This document shows positions 1-14,800 of a stretch of 64,000 nucleotides of DNA, piece after piece. Made by a program: the position numbers and the translations under genes. The notes beneath the pieces are model-generated. The model ran no database searches. It saw nothing but the letters and a program-made list of their open reading frames with translations, and had not been told where the DNA came from. Source of the DNA: Antedon mediterranea (lineage: Eukaryota > Animalia > Echinodermata); contig NC_092675.1 in assembly GCF_964355755.1 (NCBI RefSeq), positions 9,543,812 through 9,607,811 of the forward strand, written 5' to 3'. Each line of letters begins with the position of its first letter. Positions within the stretch are counted from its first letter, which is position 1.

Positions 1-3000
1 TTATCATTCATTGTGTAGGCCTACGGGTAGTTTGTGTACACTGAAACGTTAATAATTATTTCACTTATCCACTCATTGAAATAGTTATTATCTTCAAATG
101 TTATTTTAATGAATGGATGCAGAATTTATTTATATTCAAATGCAGATACTTAAATTAACAACCAAGCAAGAGAGTCCTTTTTTTTTATTGAACCCTGTAA
201 TTGAACTGTAATTGAAGGATGCTTACAGAATGTCTATGGCCTACCAATGGAAATTGAAAGCTATTATAATTAATATATTTGTTTTAAGAGGGCACAAGGC
301 CAATGAATTAAGAACAGAAAATTAAAGTGAACATTAGTGTATATTATTAATTACAATGCTTAATGGAAGTGTCTTTTAGTTGGAAATATCTAGGCTATTT
401 CTAGCCTAATAATTAGTATAGGTGACAACCAGGACCTGTTTGTTAAGAAGTGTACGAAGAAAGAAAAGAACAGCAATCAACAATACAAGGCGGAAACAGA
501 CCAATTCAGTAAGGGCAACCTCGAAGCAATGTTAGCCTCCTGCCTATTTTTTAGGGGTCCAATTCAGTTTTCTTCAGGCCTAAACAAGACAATTGTTTAA
601 ATACTTTTAAATTGTGTCAAGGAAGGTGTGAACGTAAAGACAAAAATCCATCATTGTAAAAAAAATAAATGTTTGAGTGTACCGCCGATGGTTCCAGTTC
701 TTACAACAAAACAATACTATGCCCTAACTATTGTCATATTAATAGGCCCATCACGTAGATGTGTTTGTTTCCATTCAAAATGCCAATCATGTTTAGACTA
801 TAGCTTTGTCTTTTTCTATGGTATTTTAGGATGGAATTTCGGGGGTTTCTGTGACGCATAGTTCTAATTAATTAAAATTTGGACATGCCCCAATCTCAGC
901 TTTCATGCCCAGGGACCGGTAAGTCTAAAATTTGCTTCATAAAATCATAAAATATGAACGTAAAAAAAAGAAATAAAAACTTGTGAGTTTTTCCACATTC
1001 TCGCTGTTAGTAAATTACCGGTATTTTTGCTGATTTTAATCTCAATTCCCCGCAATTCATAAACAGGAACTTTCATTGTTACCATATAAAAATAACCATT
1101 TCTTTCTTTATGATTTGCAATTTAATTTTTTGAATCTTAATTCCCTTTTTTTCTTATTCAGACGTAGTTTAATATTAAAAAAAATGCGAAAGTGCATTAT
1201 TATTAGCTAATTTTCGTAGTAGAAGATATTAATTATCCACACAATGTCGAAAGAACACTTTCCACAATAAGTGAAGTGCTTAAAATATTCCATTGATATT
1301 TTCCTCAACACCTAAAAATTACAAGTCATCTTATTATTTATTCCTCTTATACTGGTTATATCTTGATTGCACAAAAACATAGATTTATAAATAAGTTTAA
1401 ATTACGTTATATAAGATACAATGAAAGACAATATTTGTTTTTAATAAAGTTGGTTCATTCATTTTCCAAATTGAATTTGTTCAGACATTGCTTTATAAAA
1501 TGTTCATATTCACATTAAAGAATTTAAAATAAAACAAAATTATAACTGAATTTATAGATCATGTGTTCTTTACCTCGAAATTGGTGGACAACACAAAAAG
1601 TTTGTAACAATAATTTAGTAGAAAACGAGTTTCATTTTTTATTATTACAATGTCCATTATTTAATAATTTAAGAAACAATTACATCTTTTTACTTTAAAT
1701 TCCCTACGTTGAAAAATGTATTTATTAAATAATGTTAATTAAAACAGAAAACATATTATTTTAATCTTGCTAAGTTCATTTACTTTGCTTATAAAAAGAT
1801 AAAGCACAAATATTTTTTTTATATTATTATTTATATTGTTGAATTCGTGCCAATGACATATGCAGATAATAACTGATCTAAGCACTGTTCCAGGTATCTG
1901 AGTGAAGCATGTTTGAGAAGCATGCGTTACTTTCATGAATGTGATATGATGTAAGGAGATGCACATCTAATCATGGTGGATAAGATCTTTGTAAATTATA
2001 TTTTGTTTAATAAATAAACTGTAATCACAGTTCCCATTGGAACATGTCATTGGCTAATTAGACGAGATTATCATTGGTAAATTAGTTATTCAATTCCCAA
2101 ATTGTAAGCTGACAGCGTGATGAGATTTTATCCTATCGACCTGAACCGAATCATACATTTTCTCAAAGACTCGCCGCTAAGTCCGTGTGTACAAATGCAT
2201 GTGTTTAGGTTATTAAACATGTAAACCTTTTGATATCCCTTAACGCAATTCTCCGAGTTTTTATTACGTTTAAACAGTAATAAAATCATGGTAAAAAGTA
2301 CGCATCCATTAGTGGTGAGATCCCAGTGTTGACTAACCTCTTTCGATACGACGAATCAGGTCGCGGTGGTGATTGCCGCCATACAATTGACCATGCGCTA
2401 TTGTTCAATAGCTATTGTTGTATACGATTTTTTTCTTCTGAAAAAAGATCTCGCATGACTTTTTACCTACAGATTGAAACTAGGTCATACGTATCTAATT
2501 TTGTCAATTATTAATATAAATTATTTATATCTGTTTGGCGGCATTTAACCCGTATCTTGTCGGATACGTCGAATTTAGAAACCATAATTAGCCTTCTCTT
2601 TTTTTTATAGATTATTTTCCTGGGATCCAAGATTCCGTAATGCAATCGACCAAATCAACACAGTAATTATGTACCATTGTTTCTACTTGCTTTACGCGTT
2701 TAATTGGCAAGCAATGGTAATCTAAATTAATATATAATATCTTTGTATTTATTCAAATTCAACATAATTATTAAAACATAACGGCTGAACAAATATAAAA
2801 ATACAAATTCATTCATAGCATTCAGCCACTGATACCTACAGCATTGTCTGAATTTTGGAGAAATGCATTTCAAACTAGTAAATTAAAATGTCGAACACGA
2901 TATAATACGAAAGGTGATAGAATGGTAGAAATACCAGTTTATATATTATCAGCACTTCATTCAATTTGTCTATTCGACCTGGTTTTAAATAAACTATTTG

Positions 3001-3769
3001 CTATATGAATAAACAGGAGGTCACAAATTAAACCGATTACGATATAAAAAGGTTTTGTTTATAATATTTTTATTATTAAACAAAATGACTGAAGAGGCTT
3101 ATCATAAAGTTTATGAACATTAGCAAATAATAGAGTTAATGCTTGCTCAAAACCACCGAGGATTTTTTTCCTTCATGACTAAACAAACAAAAAATCGACC
3201 CAGTCCTATTTTTATGTTTTATTTTTTTATACCCTTAGTTCAATGTACTATGGTGGCTATTTGTATTTTAATGAATAATGTATACGTCTACGTGTCAGTT
3301 TAAATACAATTACTTTAGTAATAAAATGTATACGTCGGAAAGGAAATTGAATTGTCACTATAGACGTTCGTCAATAGTCAACAACTAGTAATACTTGATC
3401 GTAAAAATAAAATCGAAAAATATAAGCTTACATTGAGGGTTTATTTCATTAAAAGGCTGAAATAAATGCAAAATACTGTTAAATACAAAACTAACATGCA
3501 TAAATAAAATGCAAACAAATTAGAGAATCTAGATATACATAAGAGTAAGACTAAGAATGGCATCAAATCTCTCAGGTTTTACAAAATGATGTGACCTATT
3601 TACCTATCCTACCACCAAGTATATTGTTTTATTTGTATTTTTAACTAATTTTTCTTTTGCATATTGAAATATTTTCCTCTTTATTTACTTGATGTGCATG
3701 TGTTGTGCTTATAGTTTATACATGGAGCTACCATCCGTGTTTTACAGTTTACAGTTTGTATAGCTTTAA

Positions 3770-4352
3770 AGGCCAGGTGCGGGCAAAACATTTCTATTGA
3801 TCATACATTCCAATAATTATCGATCTATTAGTTTTTTGGGATTTTATTTGTGTTACAGGAGCTTGTTGAAAATTAGCACTTTCATATCAGTGGGGGATAG
3901 TTCAAATTACACAGTAAAATCTCTATTCTTTTGTACACAAATTTTGAAAATAGAGAGGCATTTTAAAAAGCTATGAAAAATGAACGGTGTGGTAAAAAAT
4001 GTTATCAGATGACTAAATATAGGTAATATAATTTGAATTTTACATTTCTGGTATTTTACTTCAACTTCAGAATTTTATTTTCATGCTATAGCAAAAATTA
4101 TCCACCGTATAGGCCTATCCACCATCTTTTTTTCACCTTCTAGGGAGTCACCAGACATGTTATTACATTATGTTAACTACCTAACTACTGAAAAAAAGTC
4201 TTCCTGTTTTTTTTTGGGCAGAATTTTTCCAAATTTTATTTGACCATATTAGGGGAAATTCATGGTTTTTCGTCTTGATTTCTGTTACAAATATTTGATT
4301 TATGTACAATTAACCAGATATTATATTTAAAATTCATGCCTGTACCTGAGCT
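3770..4352. mobile_element. Non-autonomous TTAA-targeting DNA transposon (Kolobok-like), copy 1
   Basis: TTAA|AGGCCAGGTGCGGGCA...TGCCTGTACCTGAGCT|TTAA: short imperfect TIRs, AG..CT termini, TTAA TSD. A second full-length copy lies at 62784-63370. Confidence 0.8.
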
Positions 4353-7300
4353 TTAAATATGTATAGTTTATAGTATACCTTTAAATATGTGTAGGCCTAT
4401 ATATGTTGATGTTGCTTTTGTTTTGTTTCCTTTTATTATTTTGCTCATTTGTTTTATTGTTTTATTTTGGTTGCATCACTAAGGACAGTGTGTGCCACTG
4501 ATAAAAAAAAAGTGATGAACAATAAACAAATAAATTCTCTTTTCGATACGGTAGGACATCGACGGCGAGTGTATGCATATAAATGGATTACTTTATTATT
4601 CACATTGCGACAAAATATGAGGCTAATGCTAAACAGCCGAACATTCATATGATGTAAAAATTAGCAAATTAATGAGGCTAATAAAAAGCGGATGCCGACT
4701 TTCCTTTCACATAATGTTCTTACAATTAATACTACATATCAACATTTATAGAATTATGCAAATACTAATTTCTGTCATGATATCAAATTGTATCCACACC
4801 CGATAGATGGTGAGTGATCGTCTCGGCGAGAGTTTTGACACGACAATGATCTATCCACTATTATGTAAATTCCCTGACAAAACACCGCTCAATCCTCATT
4901 CCTTGATTCGGTGTGTTAATGTTAAGCCATTTGGGTCTAATATAAAAAAAACACAGAATAGTGTTTTTTTTCGCTTTAAAAAAAGGTGTTTGTTAATCTA
5001 GGAATTAAAATCAGAATTTTTAAACTATTTTCATAAGTTAAAAAACATAGGAAAATAGCCTATAGCTGTTTGTATTGAATGGAACACATTACAAAAACTA
5101 TTGAACTTTCACTTAGCGCACTATTTGAATAAAATTCATAACTAATAAAAAGAGAGATAAATGAGGTGAATGGCCTGGCGGCTCTTTTGTTGTTGATTTT
5201 TAACAAGGGCCGATTACTACTTACGCTTATTCTGTGTACGAGAACTAATATAAAGTACACTAGCAGTAATAAGTGTTGTTGGTTTAGTTATTAATGCTGT
5301 CATCACCGGCTAATAGAGCTGCGAATTGAACGTCACGGAGTTGTGGATGGTGTTGATAGATACACATAGCCAGATGACACGCGTTCTAACAACTACTTGC
5401 TGATTTACAGTGCGTTACAACGCGTTGACTGACGAACATGCCATATTAGTTGTTAAAGCTTAACGATGATTGGTTAGCGACACATAGCATTAATGTTCTG
5501 TTTCCTGTGTGTGAATCGGACCTTGATATCATGGCATGACACAAACAAAATATTGCAATATGTGTCTGTGCGTGTGGGGGAGAGGGGAACCTTTTCCCGA
5601 TAATAATAATAATTTCGTATAAGGCCTTAGAATCACACAATACATCGGTTTGCACACATTTAAATCAAAGGTTAATCATGGGATTATCTCGAGGCGTTGA
5701 TTTTAGGCCGTGGGCCGAACAAAATTGATTGGTACAGTAGTAGTATCTGTTCATATCTGAATACAACATTTTTAGGCCGATTAATGTTGTGATATACCAG
5801 TAGGCCTATCTTGTCCACATGTACTGTATAGACTTACACATTAAACATTTATTTTCCAAACTGACGTTGATCTGCATAAATAAGATCTGTTTGATGACAA
5901 TTAAAACTTATGCCAACAATCTCTGTCTGAAAATGTATTGTCGAATAGAGCATGGAGACTGACCGCTGCCAATACTTTGGTCACGTACATGCTTTCAAAG
6001 CCCAGCCACTTATTAACCAGAAGAAGGCATACATTATTAATTACACTGCTCTATGATGTACACTGCGAATGTAAGAAGATTGATCATATTGAAAGCCAAC
6101 ACTATTATTCCCGTGTAAACAACAGTGTTTTCCGACAAATTGAGTAGTGACAATGACAGATTGAAATGGCATGACAGACGCAATCTTCGTGCCGGAGAAC
6201 TCGAATTTGACGAAAATGGATGCTAAAGTCAATTGACAAAGACGAATCGATATGTCAGTTTGACAAGATGTAACATTTTACGATGGTAATGGATTGTAGG
6301 TAAACAGTCAAAATCTTTATATTTAAGAGCAAGTGATAAATCACCAAAAGTGGTTTCTAGTGGAAGTTCTGCTAGCAATGATTGCGGATGATACAACTGA
6401 ATATTGTACTGGCGAATGAAACTCGTAATCCGTCATATTTGAATTCAACGCGTCGTCTCGTTGCGTTTGCGTTATTGAATACAGGATTCAAATCAACAAA
6501 ATGGAACGTTGCGCATAGCGTTTAAACTTCGCGACCGCTCAATGCAACTAACCCGTTTTCGGCCCCATCACCAAAAAAATGGCCATTCCGTAAAAGGCAT
6601 CTGTTAGTGCAACATACCACAATTCCTGGACTCTGTTTATGCTGTCTGTTATATTTTCAAGTAAATAAGTAGCACCAGTCTACTGGTTTGTTTCAGCGCT
6701 CCTGTCTACAGATGTGGACACGGACGACCTGTGACAGTTCGTACCATCGCAAGTCACTAAAGTGTATTATAGGCATACATTTAACTGCGCTATTAGAAAA
6801 AAAATGAAGGTTTTATACTAAATTTTAAAACGTTTGATTTAGCAAATTTCATGATACAATGAGCCTTTGATCATCTTATTTGGAATTAGCGCTATGTAAA
6901 TGTTTGACATTATTATAACTGGACCTGTCTCCAGATGTTAATTTAGGCCAAATAGGCCTATTAATAAAGTAAAGGCATAGGCATATTATAGGCATGGATG
7001 TTTAATTACAATAGATTGTTCGAATCAGAAAACTAAGCTAGAATTTCGAAGAAAACGGTCGATGGAGCTTCGCCTTAGTTTTTTCCTCTTCTTTTTAATC
7101 AATAGTACTAAAATATTTGTATTGTTGTTCTAATATAATTAATATACGGTACCTTATTTTGTGTTATTAACTTAATTTCAGAAGGACTGGTCTTAATATT
7201 AACGTGACGCGTTTTTTTTATCAAAGCGTAATGGTAATCTGTGTCGTTCTTAGCTGTTTTGTATGAAATGTATTACAGCGTTGTTAATTCATTTTTGAAG

Positions 7301-10300
7301 TATCGTCCACACATAATTATGAATGTGTTGACAGTGGTCAGCGCATTACAGCGGATTTGAATTAGATCCAGGATCGTCTCGGGAAACTTAGTCACAACAC
7401 TCAAGTGGTTTACAATCAACACCAAGATATTTCCAATATGTTTACAGCATTCTAAGAAAGATTTAACACAATATCACGTAATTCCTTTGTCTTTCTTTCG
7501 ATGCATTTATAAGAAATTATGATTCTGCAATTGAAAGTTATATTAAGCAATGTTTATTCATCAACAACCTTCACATTTATGTAACCGGATGTTCATTTCT
7601 TTATTTATAATACATTTTCCGAAGTTTTTACGAAAAGTTATTACTGAGAATTTGAAGAAAACTATTTGTACTTTAATGTATTAAAACATCACGATACATA
7701 ATTTTAAAAAGGAGAAAGTTAAAATGTGCTGTAGTAGCATTGGTCCTGTTCATATGGCCTGTGATATTAAACATCTAAAACATCAAAGAAATAAATAAAT
7801 AGGTCATGGATAATTTTATAGTCATGCTTGGATAATTCTTGGATAAACAGGCCGGGCCTAATTTACATATCACTATTTTATTCTTTCTATGACAGTCGGT
7901 CTTTGAAAAGTAAATGCTGGTTATGGCATACAAGAATATCTTTGCTTTATTGTGCACCGGTACCAGGATGAGGTATTTCAATGGAGACAGGTTTCTACCA
8001 TCATTATCATAATTGTATAGGTCTAGTATAATATACTGGTATACTGGCATTATAAAGGGAGATAGATATAAACGGACAACCAAATCAATCAATCAAGATT
8101 TATTTCACAAAGATAATTTACGTTTCACCATGGAGAAACAAGTTATAGTTATTTATCCATGGTTTCACGAAACGGAAGACATGTACCCCTCCTGTTTTAA
8201 AAATGGAAATCATGTAAATAATTTAAATAATTTGAACGGTGCCGAGTTCCGTTCCGTGATAATGTCTATACAGAGGCCTGTACTCTGATTTCTGTGTAGG
8301 TAGATCTTTGCCATTTCGCATTTTACCATTGCACTGTTTTATTGGTTTGAATTGTAAATTAGACCTATACATTCTAGAATTACCATATCAATAATACAAT
8401 ATTTCCATATTGTGACTTATCTGTGTCAGTTATTATAAAGTTCAAAATCAAAAGGAAGAATAAAATAGCGATATGTAAATGCTTTGAAATGCACAACAAC
8501 AACGCGATATGTGGAAGCCATTCTGATTATATAGGTTAATGTCTGTACTAATTTTGTGTTATTAATCCCAGGCTTACGATTTCTAGGGACCCGTGACGAA
8601 ATTGCCTGCCAAAATGATGTCTTCTCAAGTCAGACCTGTCGCATCGATGAATGTCGTAATAAAACCAATTGCTTGACTAGGCCTGATAGCCATCCGATCA
8701 GTACTGCCTCCGATATGATATGATATGACTTTACATTAAGATATAATATATAAACAAATATGAATATCACTTTTATCTTTGAATTGATAGGTCTGCAGTG
8801 TAACAATATTTATGCTGTTCGACGACTACAGAATACGGAATATCGGGGTTTCTTTTTTAGAATTGCTTTTTAGAATTACTGTAATAATTTGGTTGTCATG
8901 GTTTTCCACCTATTAAACAAGGCATACTTTTTACATTGTTTTAAATGTAGGGTAAACAAACAGAACATACATGGAAACAGTCGATGTTAGTCGTCTGACA
9001 TGCATGCTTGTAGCGTGGCCTTCCAACATTTCCCCAAGAACAATGTATTTTCTCCCAGTTGTATACATTCAACAAAACAATGATTAGCTTAACAGGTTCC
9101 TGGTACTGCTTTCGTTATAAAACATTCACTGGCCGTTGAGGTTTAAGAATAAAATTAGCAAATCTCCCTGGGGTTATGTCGGTCCTATAGAAGTGTTATA
9201 TCAAAATATATCAAATACTTTTTTTTTACAACTTTGATGTCTTGTCTCCAGAGACTGGCTTTAAGGACTTTGCAATTACACATCGTATTTATACATTCGT
9301 AACCTCATCGAAGATGAAGAGTATGTTTATATTTGATAACATTTGAAAAACTTCTTGTACTTTCCTTATGATTTAGATAACATTAAAGCCAATCATTTTC
9401 ACGCCCGATTATTAAAAAATATAACATTTAAAAACATGTTGTTTATGTTTACAGAATATTAAATTGTATGTCTATACTCTATATTACATATTACAACATG
9501 GACATAGAGAGGAATTATATATTACATATAATCAATTGAATTTTAAATGAATAAAGTTTAGTTTTGATGAAACATTCGGACAAAGTTGTATTTTTCTTTT
9601 CGAATGTTTTAACGACTATTCATCGATGCAACCATTTAAAATATGTCCACGCCCATTGACGGTTTTTAAAAATGTTATTTACCGGCACATGAAGTTGTAG
9701 TTAACAAAAGGCTCGCCATCAAACGTGCACAGATGACGATAGGCCAATTTCTACCCAATTCCCGATTGCCTAATTGTGGTATTTAAACATGGTCAAAAGT
9801 TATTGTGCATCAAAATCAGATTTCTAAAGGCCTCTGTAATTACACTTTCCACGCCTGCCAATATAGCCATTGTGGCATAAGTCAACAATACCAGCGCGGC
9901 ATCCTCAAAGGATTTGCCAATCAATATACGGGCCATAGCAGGCGTGTACGTCAATTTGGCTTGATTATTAGTGCCAATTAACTAACACGTATCACTTTCT
10001 GACATGTAGACCTAAAACGGTGTCCGGAGATCGCTGAAGTATCTATGAATAACCCACTGTAGCTGTGGGTATTAAATGCCAATAATATGTTCGACAATTG
10101 ACCATGGACTAAATTAACAAATTATTTACTAAAATGTAAAATATTTTGAAAATAATTAGACCTATATGAATGAATAAAATCTATTTATTACAGCAATAAA
10201 CGGTAGAAGCACTTATATGGTAATACTAATATCATGTATGGGCAAGTTGGAATATGCATGAGTCTCCATGAATGTGTTTGCTGATAGTTTAGACTAATAA

Positions 10301-11721
10301 AAATGGGCTGGTTATTATTTTTATTCATCAGTCTGTTGTCACACATTCTGACATGGGTGCACCAATGGATACATTATGAAACATGGAGTTAGTATGAACT
10401 AGGTTCTAATTGCATTATAATTTATGTAATATATGTATATAAATATAAGCAGGCATGTATACGGACCGAAATATGTCCTTTTTGTTCATAGGAGTTATAG
10501 AAATGTCAAGTTATCTGAATCTTAACTCATTTAGTTCTTAATTTATAATTTAAAAAGGATATATAGTGATAGTTTATAATATCATTAACAATGACAACGA
10601 CTGTGAAAGAGAAATAGTTCCCAGGGTTATAATGAGTTTACAAATTCTGAATCTTATCAAGAAGAACAGTTATGCGTATTTTGCACCAGGAAAGCTAAAT
10701 AAGGCGCCATGGATCCGTACAACTATACGGAAGCAAGTTTCACCAAACGTAGATAAATCCTAACATTTGTCACACGTCCTGCATAATTCAAATAATAACG
10801 ATAATTATTGTTCTACCAGCGACTGAATACTAGATACTTTGTTTGCTAATTACCAAGTGTCATTTCAAATTAACTGATATCATAAAAGATTAACAATTAT
10901 TTGTTATGTAAAGAAAGCGCCAAATTGTCTACAAATGCTAGTATTAATAATCATGATGGCATTAGGTTTTGTAGTCATTAATACGATCCATTTCCGTCTT
11001 GCATTTATAGGGGTGTTTAAAATACATGCCGGTTATAGATACATTACAGTAGATATTTAAGACAGTATTGACTGAAATTAATAAGGGTACGCCTTTACGC
11101 ACACGTATTATTTGTTAAAAACATTTAAAAACAGAGAATTTAGCATAAAAAAGTATTGAAAGTCATAATACAAAGTGGTATTGTAATATTTACAGTAGTA
11201 GGCCTAACGACCAGTTAGACATAATAATAATAATATCAATTCAAAGTCCATGTGAAGTTACAGTTTGAACAATTAATCGATTGTATAGTAAAGTATTGTA
11301 GTATAGTATAGTATTGTAGACCTAGTTCTCTAATATAAAGCTGAAAAGAAGAAAATATTGAATAATTAGTACAGTTGTTTACTGCAAATTTACTAATTTC
11401 TCCATTCATAAACCAGGGAGTTGCATAAACAGGCTAGATAACCGATACATTTTAACAATGTATGGCGCATGAGGGCGCTATCTCACACACGAATGAACGA
11501 TATGCTTGGGAATGCCAAAATATATATCGGGAATAATAAATATCATTAGGAATCACAGATACACTTCTGGGATGTTGTTATAACCTATATATCTAATGAA
11601 CTGAAACATATCCTGAAACTCAAAATTAAAATATAAGTGATTTACATTTTACAAGTCTTACTCGGAAAGGGATAAACAAAAATAACATTCCGACAATGTT
11701 ATGTATATTTAAATTCAATAT

Positions 11722-11898
11722 TATACAAATATTGAATGTTTATGAGTGTTATGGTACAAATAATGGCATGAGGTGAATGATGAAAGGTTAAATATATCAA
11801 CGAGGCAACGCCGAGTTGATATTTAACCTTTCATCATTCATTAAATGCCATTATTTGTACCATTACACGAATATAAAACATTCATTATTTGTTTTATA
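11722..11898. repeat. Long imperfect palindrome (arms ~80 bp) with GAGGCAACGCCG loop
   Basis: ATGGTACAAATAATGGCAT...GAATGATGAAAGGTTAAATAT..CAAC pairs with GTTGATATTTAACCTTTCATCATTC...ATGCCATTATTTGTACCAT. Probably part of a transposon. Confidence 0.8.
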
Positions 11899-14800
11899 AC
11901 ATCTAAATAGATCCCTGTCATTTTGAATCAAATAAAAGGTAGCCCTAGCCAAGAGGCCTACATTTCATTCACATTGATTAAAACAGTAACATTTGGATGT
12001 AACTGAGATAAATAAAGAATATTACCTGTATTGTGATACTGATTGCATTATTCACCAGACTTATAACGCCCGTTTTATGAATGTTTAGCAGACTTTAATA
12101 ATACAATTTTAAACATTCCTAACGAAGCTTAATTTTGTTGCCAGATTTCAATAAACGCATGTTGCAATCATTTGTAAAGCTGTCAAGTATGGTGCGTCGA
12201 ATGTCCGTATTTAATTATGTTACATGCCTAGAATAGTAATGATTACGATTTACGATAAATGATTTTGGCAGGGGGAGGAAGTGAGTTTGCAATAATCATT
12301 ATATCACCACACTGTCATTATTTCAACTAATATTTTTTTATAATCTTCCGGAAATTATTATGTTGTTCTTTTAAGCGATTTAGTGAGTTAGTTATAAAAA
12401 TGACAGCGCTGTCAAAAAATGATTCTGTACTCCGGGTTGATTTTATAAACTGTCACTCAATATTGTTGTTATGACGTGGGACATTCTGACAAAGAATGAC
12501 AGATCGCGCGGCCGATAATCGTTAAATTTCATTATGTCATATTTCCCAGCCTCTTCATATCAAACTCATTCCATTTCATTTTATACCATTCAAAACACTT
12601 AACTAAATATCAGTTAGATTAATCAGTGCCTGAAGAGCTTAGAAAAGCCTGAGCTGCCCGGGGCTGCGATCGTCGGCGGCAAATCCTGTGTTGTCTGCTA
12701 TTACGAGGTTATCCAGTAAATATAGCTGGATAATTCTAGCTGTGAGCAATATGGTCCCTGTTTCAACACGTCAATTTCAGTCAATCTATCGTAAATTGTG
12801 TTTGTCAAAAGGCGGCGCACTTGGATGTTACCGGCCACCCAAATCTGAGGAAACAACAGAACCCTGGGGTCTTTTCGAAGGTTGCCATATTATAGGTTTG
12901 CTAGTCAGAAGCCGTTCAATTTTCGAAAATAATCATGTCGTGATTGAAACAACGGGAGAACAACCTGTGTGTCTTTTTATTAAATTCATATCTTCTAAGA
13001 ATTGCACTGTAATTATGTTTAGCGTAACAAAACCTTTCAATTTAATATTACCTTTAATGTACCTGTGAGTATACAAACGAATGGATAAGGCACTAAACCT
13101 CCATGGTTTCATGTATATATAATTATATATATATAAAATACAATACAAAATCATGTTTGGTGTTTATGATGAACGGAAGGCTAAACAAACTAGAAGAAAG
13201 GACGGATCATACAATAATAATTTCCTTGGTTCATTGGTGGATGGGGTACGTACTAAATAGGCTACTATACTAGACAGTGTTTTCTGAAATACACAATACC
13301 AATTATAGACACACCCATCTAATCTATGAAGGGGTTTCACTTAATTTGCCATTATGAGTTAAAAAATCAACTAAAAATATCGTATCGTCGTAAGAATAAA
13401 ACATTCAGTCGAGGCTATATATATTATAAAAAAAGAACACTGTAGAATATGCATAAGGTAATTACGATTAATTATTAAGGTATTAGTATTACAAGCCTAA
13501 AGCACATTGTATGAGTGAACATATACTGATAGAACATGTGGCTGTTGTTCTACCGAAACGACAGCTAGGCCTATATCACTATACAATATACATTAAGTAT
13601 CTACCACTACGCGCATATTAAAATTGACAATTGCATTTTCAAAAGAGTTTAACACCCCGTCGACCTCAATATTGAATTTATAAATAATCAAAAACTATAG
13701 GATTAACTGAATGACAGAGGATTTTGAAGATAAATCCCTGGCCTAGCAAAATGTGTACTATACGCCGTAACAAAAACCAACCGACCCGGGAAGTTAGGCT
13801 TGAATTGAAAGACCATGAATGGAATTATAGTTTCGATAACTACTTCCATATAGATTATCAACGTGATTTATGAGGCTGGTAATAAAATAGACTAATGATC
13901 TAATGACAATAATGTACCACTGTTGGATAACACGTTACTTGTGTTCTACTACAATAACGGTGCTTCAGAAGAAAAACAGATTTAGTTTTTAATCTACACT
14001 TGTTTCGTAGTACAGAACTATATAGGCCTATATCTAAAGTAGGCCGGTAATGCAAATACCGTTTTAGGATCAGTACAAAAAGTGTAAAACAAATCATTTC
14101 AATTATTGAATACACAAGTAACATTTCTTACTTTTCAACGGACATGGCCACCTAAAATATGAAAGTGTAGCGCCAATTAATCTCGCTTGGTGGGCTAGCG
14201 CCATGGACTTGTTATTGCCAATCCATTATTACCCCAATATTCAGAAACTTTCCACTTTTAATAACTGATTCGTGTCATATTATGAGGACTCAGTAGGGAG
14301 CATGGCTGGCATTCAAGACCCGAGCCGGTCCCTGTCGCTGACGGCGCTGACATGCGTTGCGGCCCGTTTGTCGATTTTGTGTTGGCGGTACCACACATAA
14401 TAGGCCTACACTTAAACTCTGTAATGATTCTGCCAATTAGGGTAAAATTATTACACTGGATAATTGTGTCTCCGTGTATAAATGATCCACCACCCGCACT
14501 TTTTCATGAAAGTTCACGTGAAAAATCACATGATCTTATTGTCAAACAAAGTTGACGCTCATACTCTAATATTTTAAAGAAGAAATTGATTGGATGTTAG
14601 ACTGACGAAAAGAAACAGCCCACCAATAAGGGAAAAATAAATCTGAAATTATGGAGATGAGAAGAAATCATCGATTGTCCGAAATTCTTTCCGGCTCCAG
14701 CAGAGACCGTTTAAATAGCCGTGAAGTATGATTCTGAAATTCAGAACGACGGTCATCCATGACGTAACAAAATGTTTACTTGTTCTTTTTAAAATGAAGT

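Noticed and set aside
12688-13068. 126-aa ORF
   Set aside because: Non-ATG start, no recognisable motif, no consistent splice partners.
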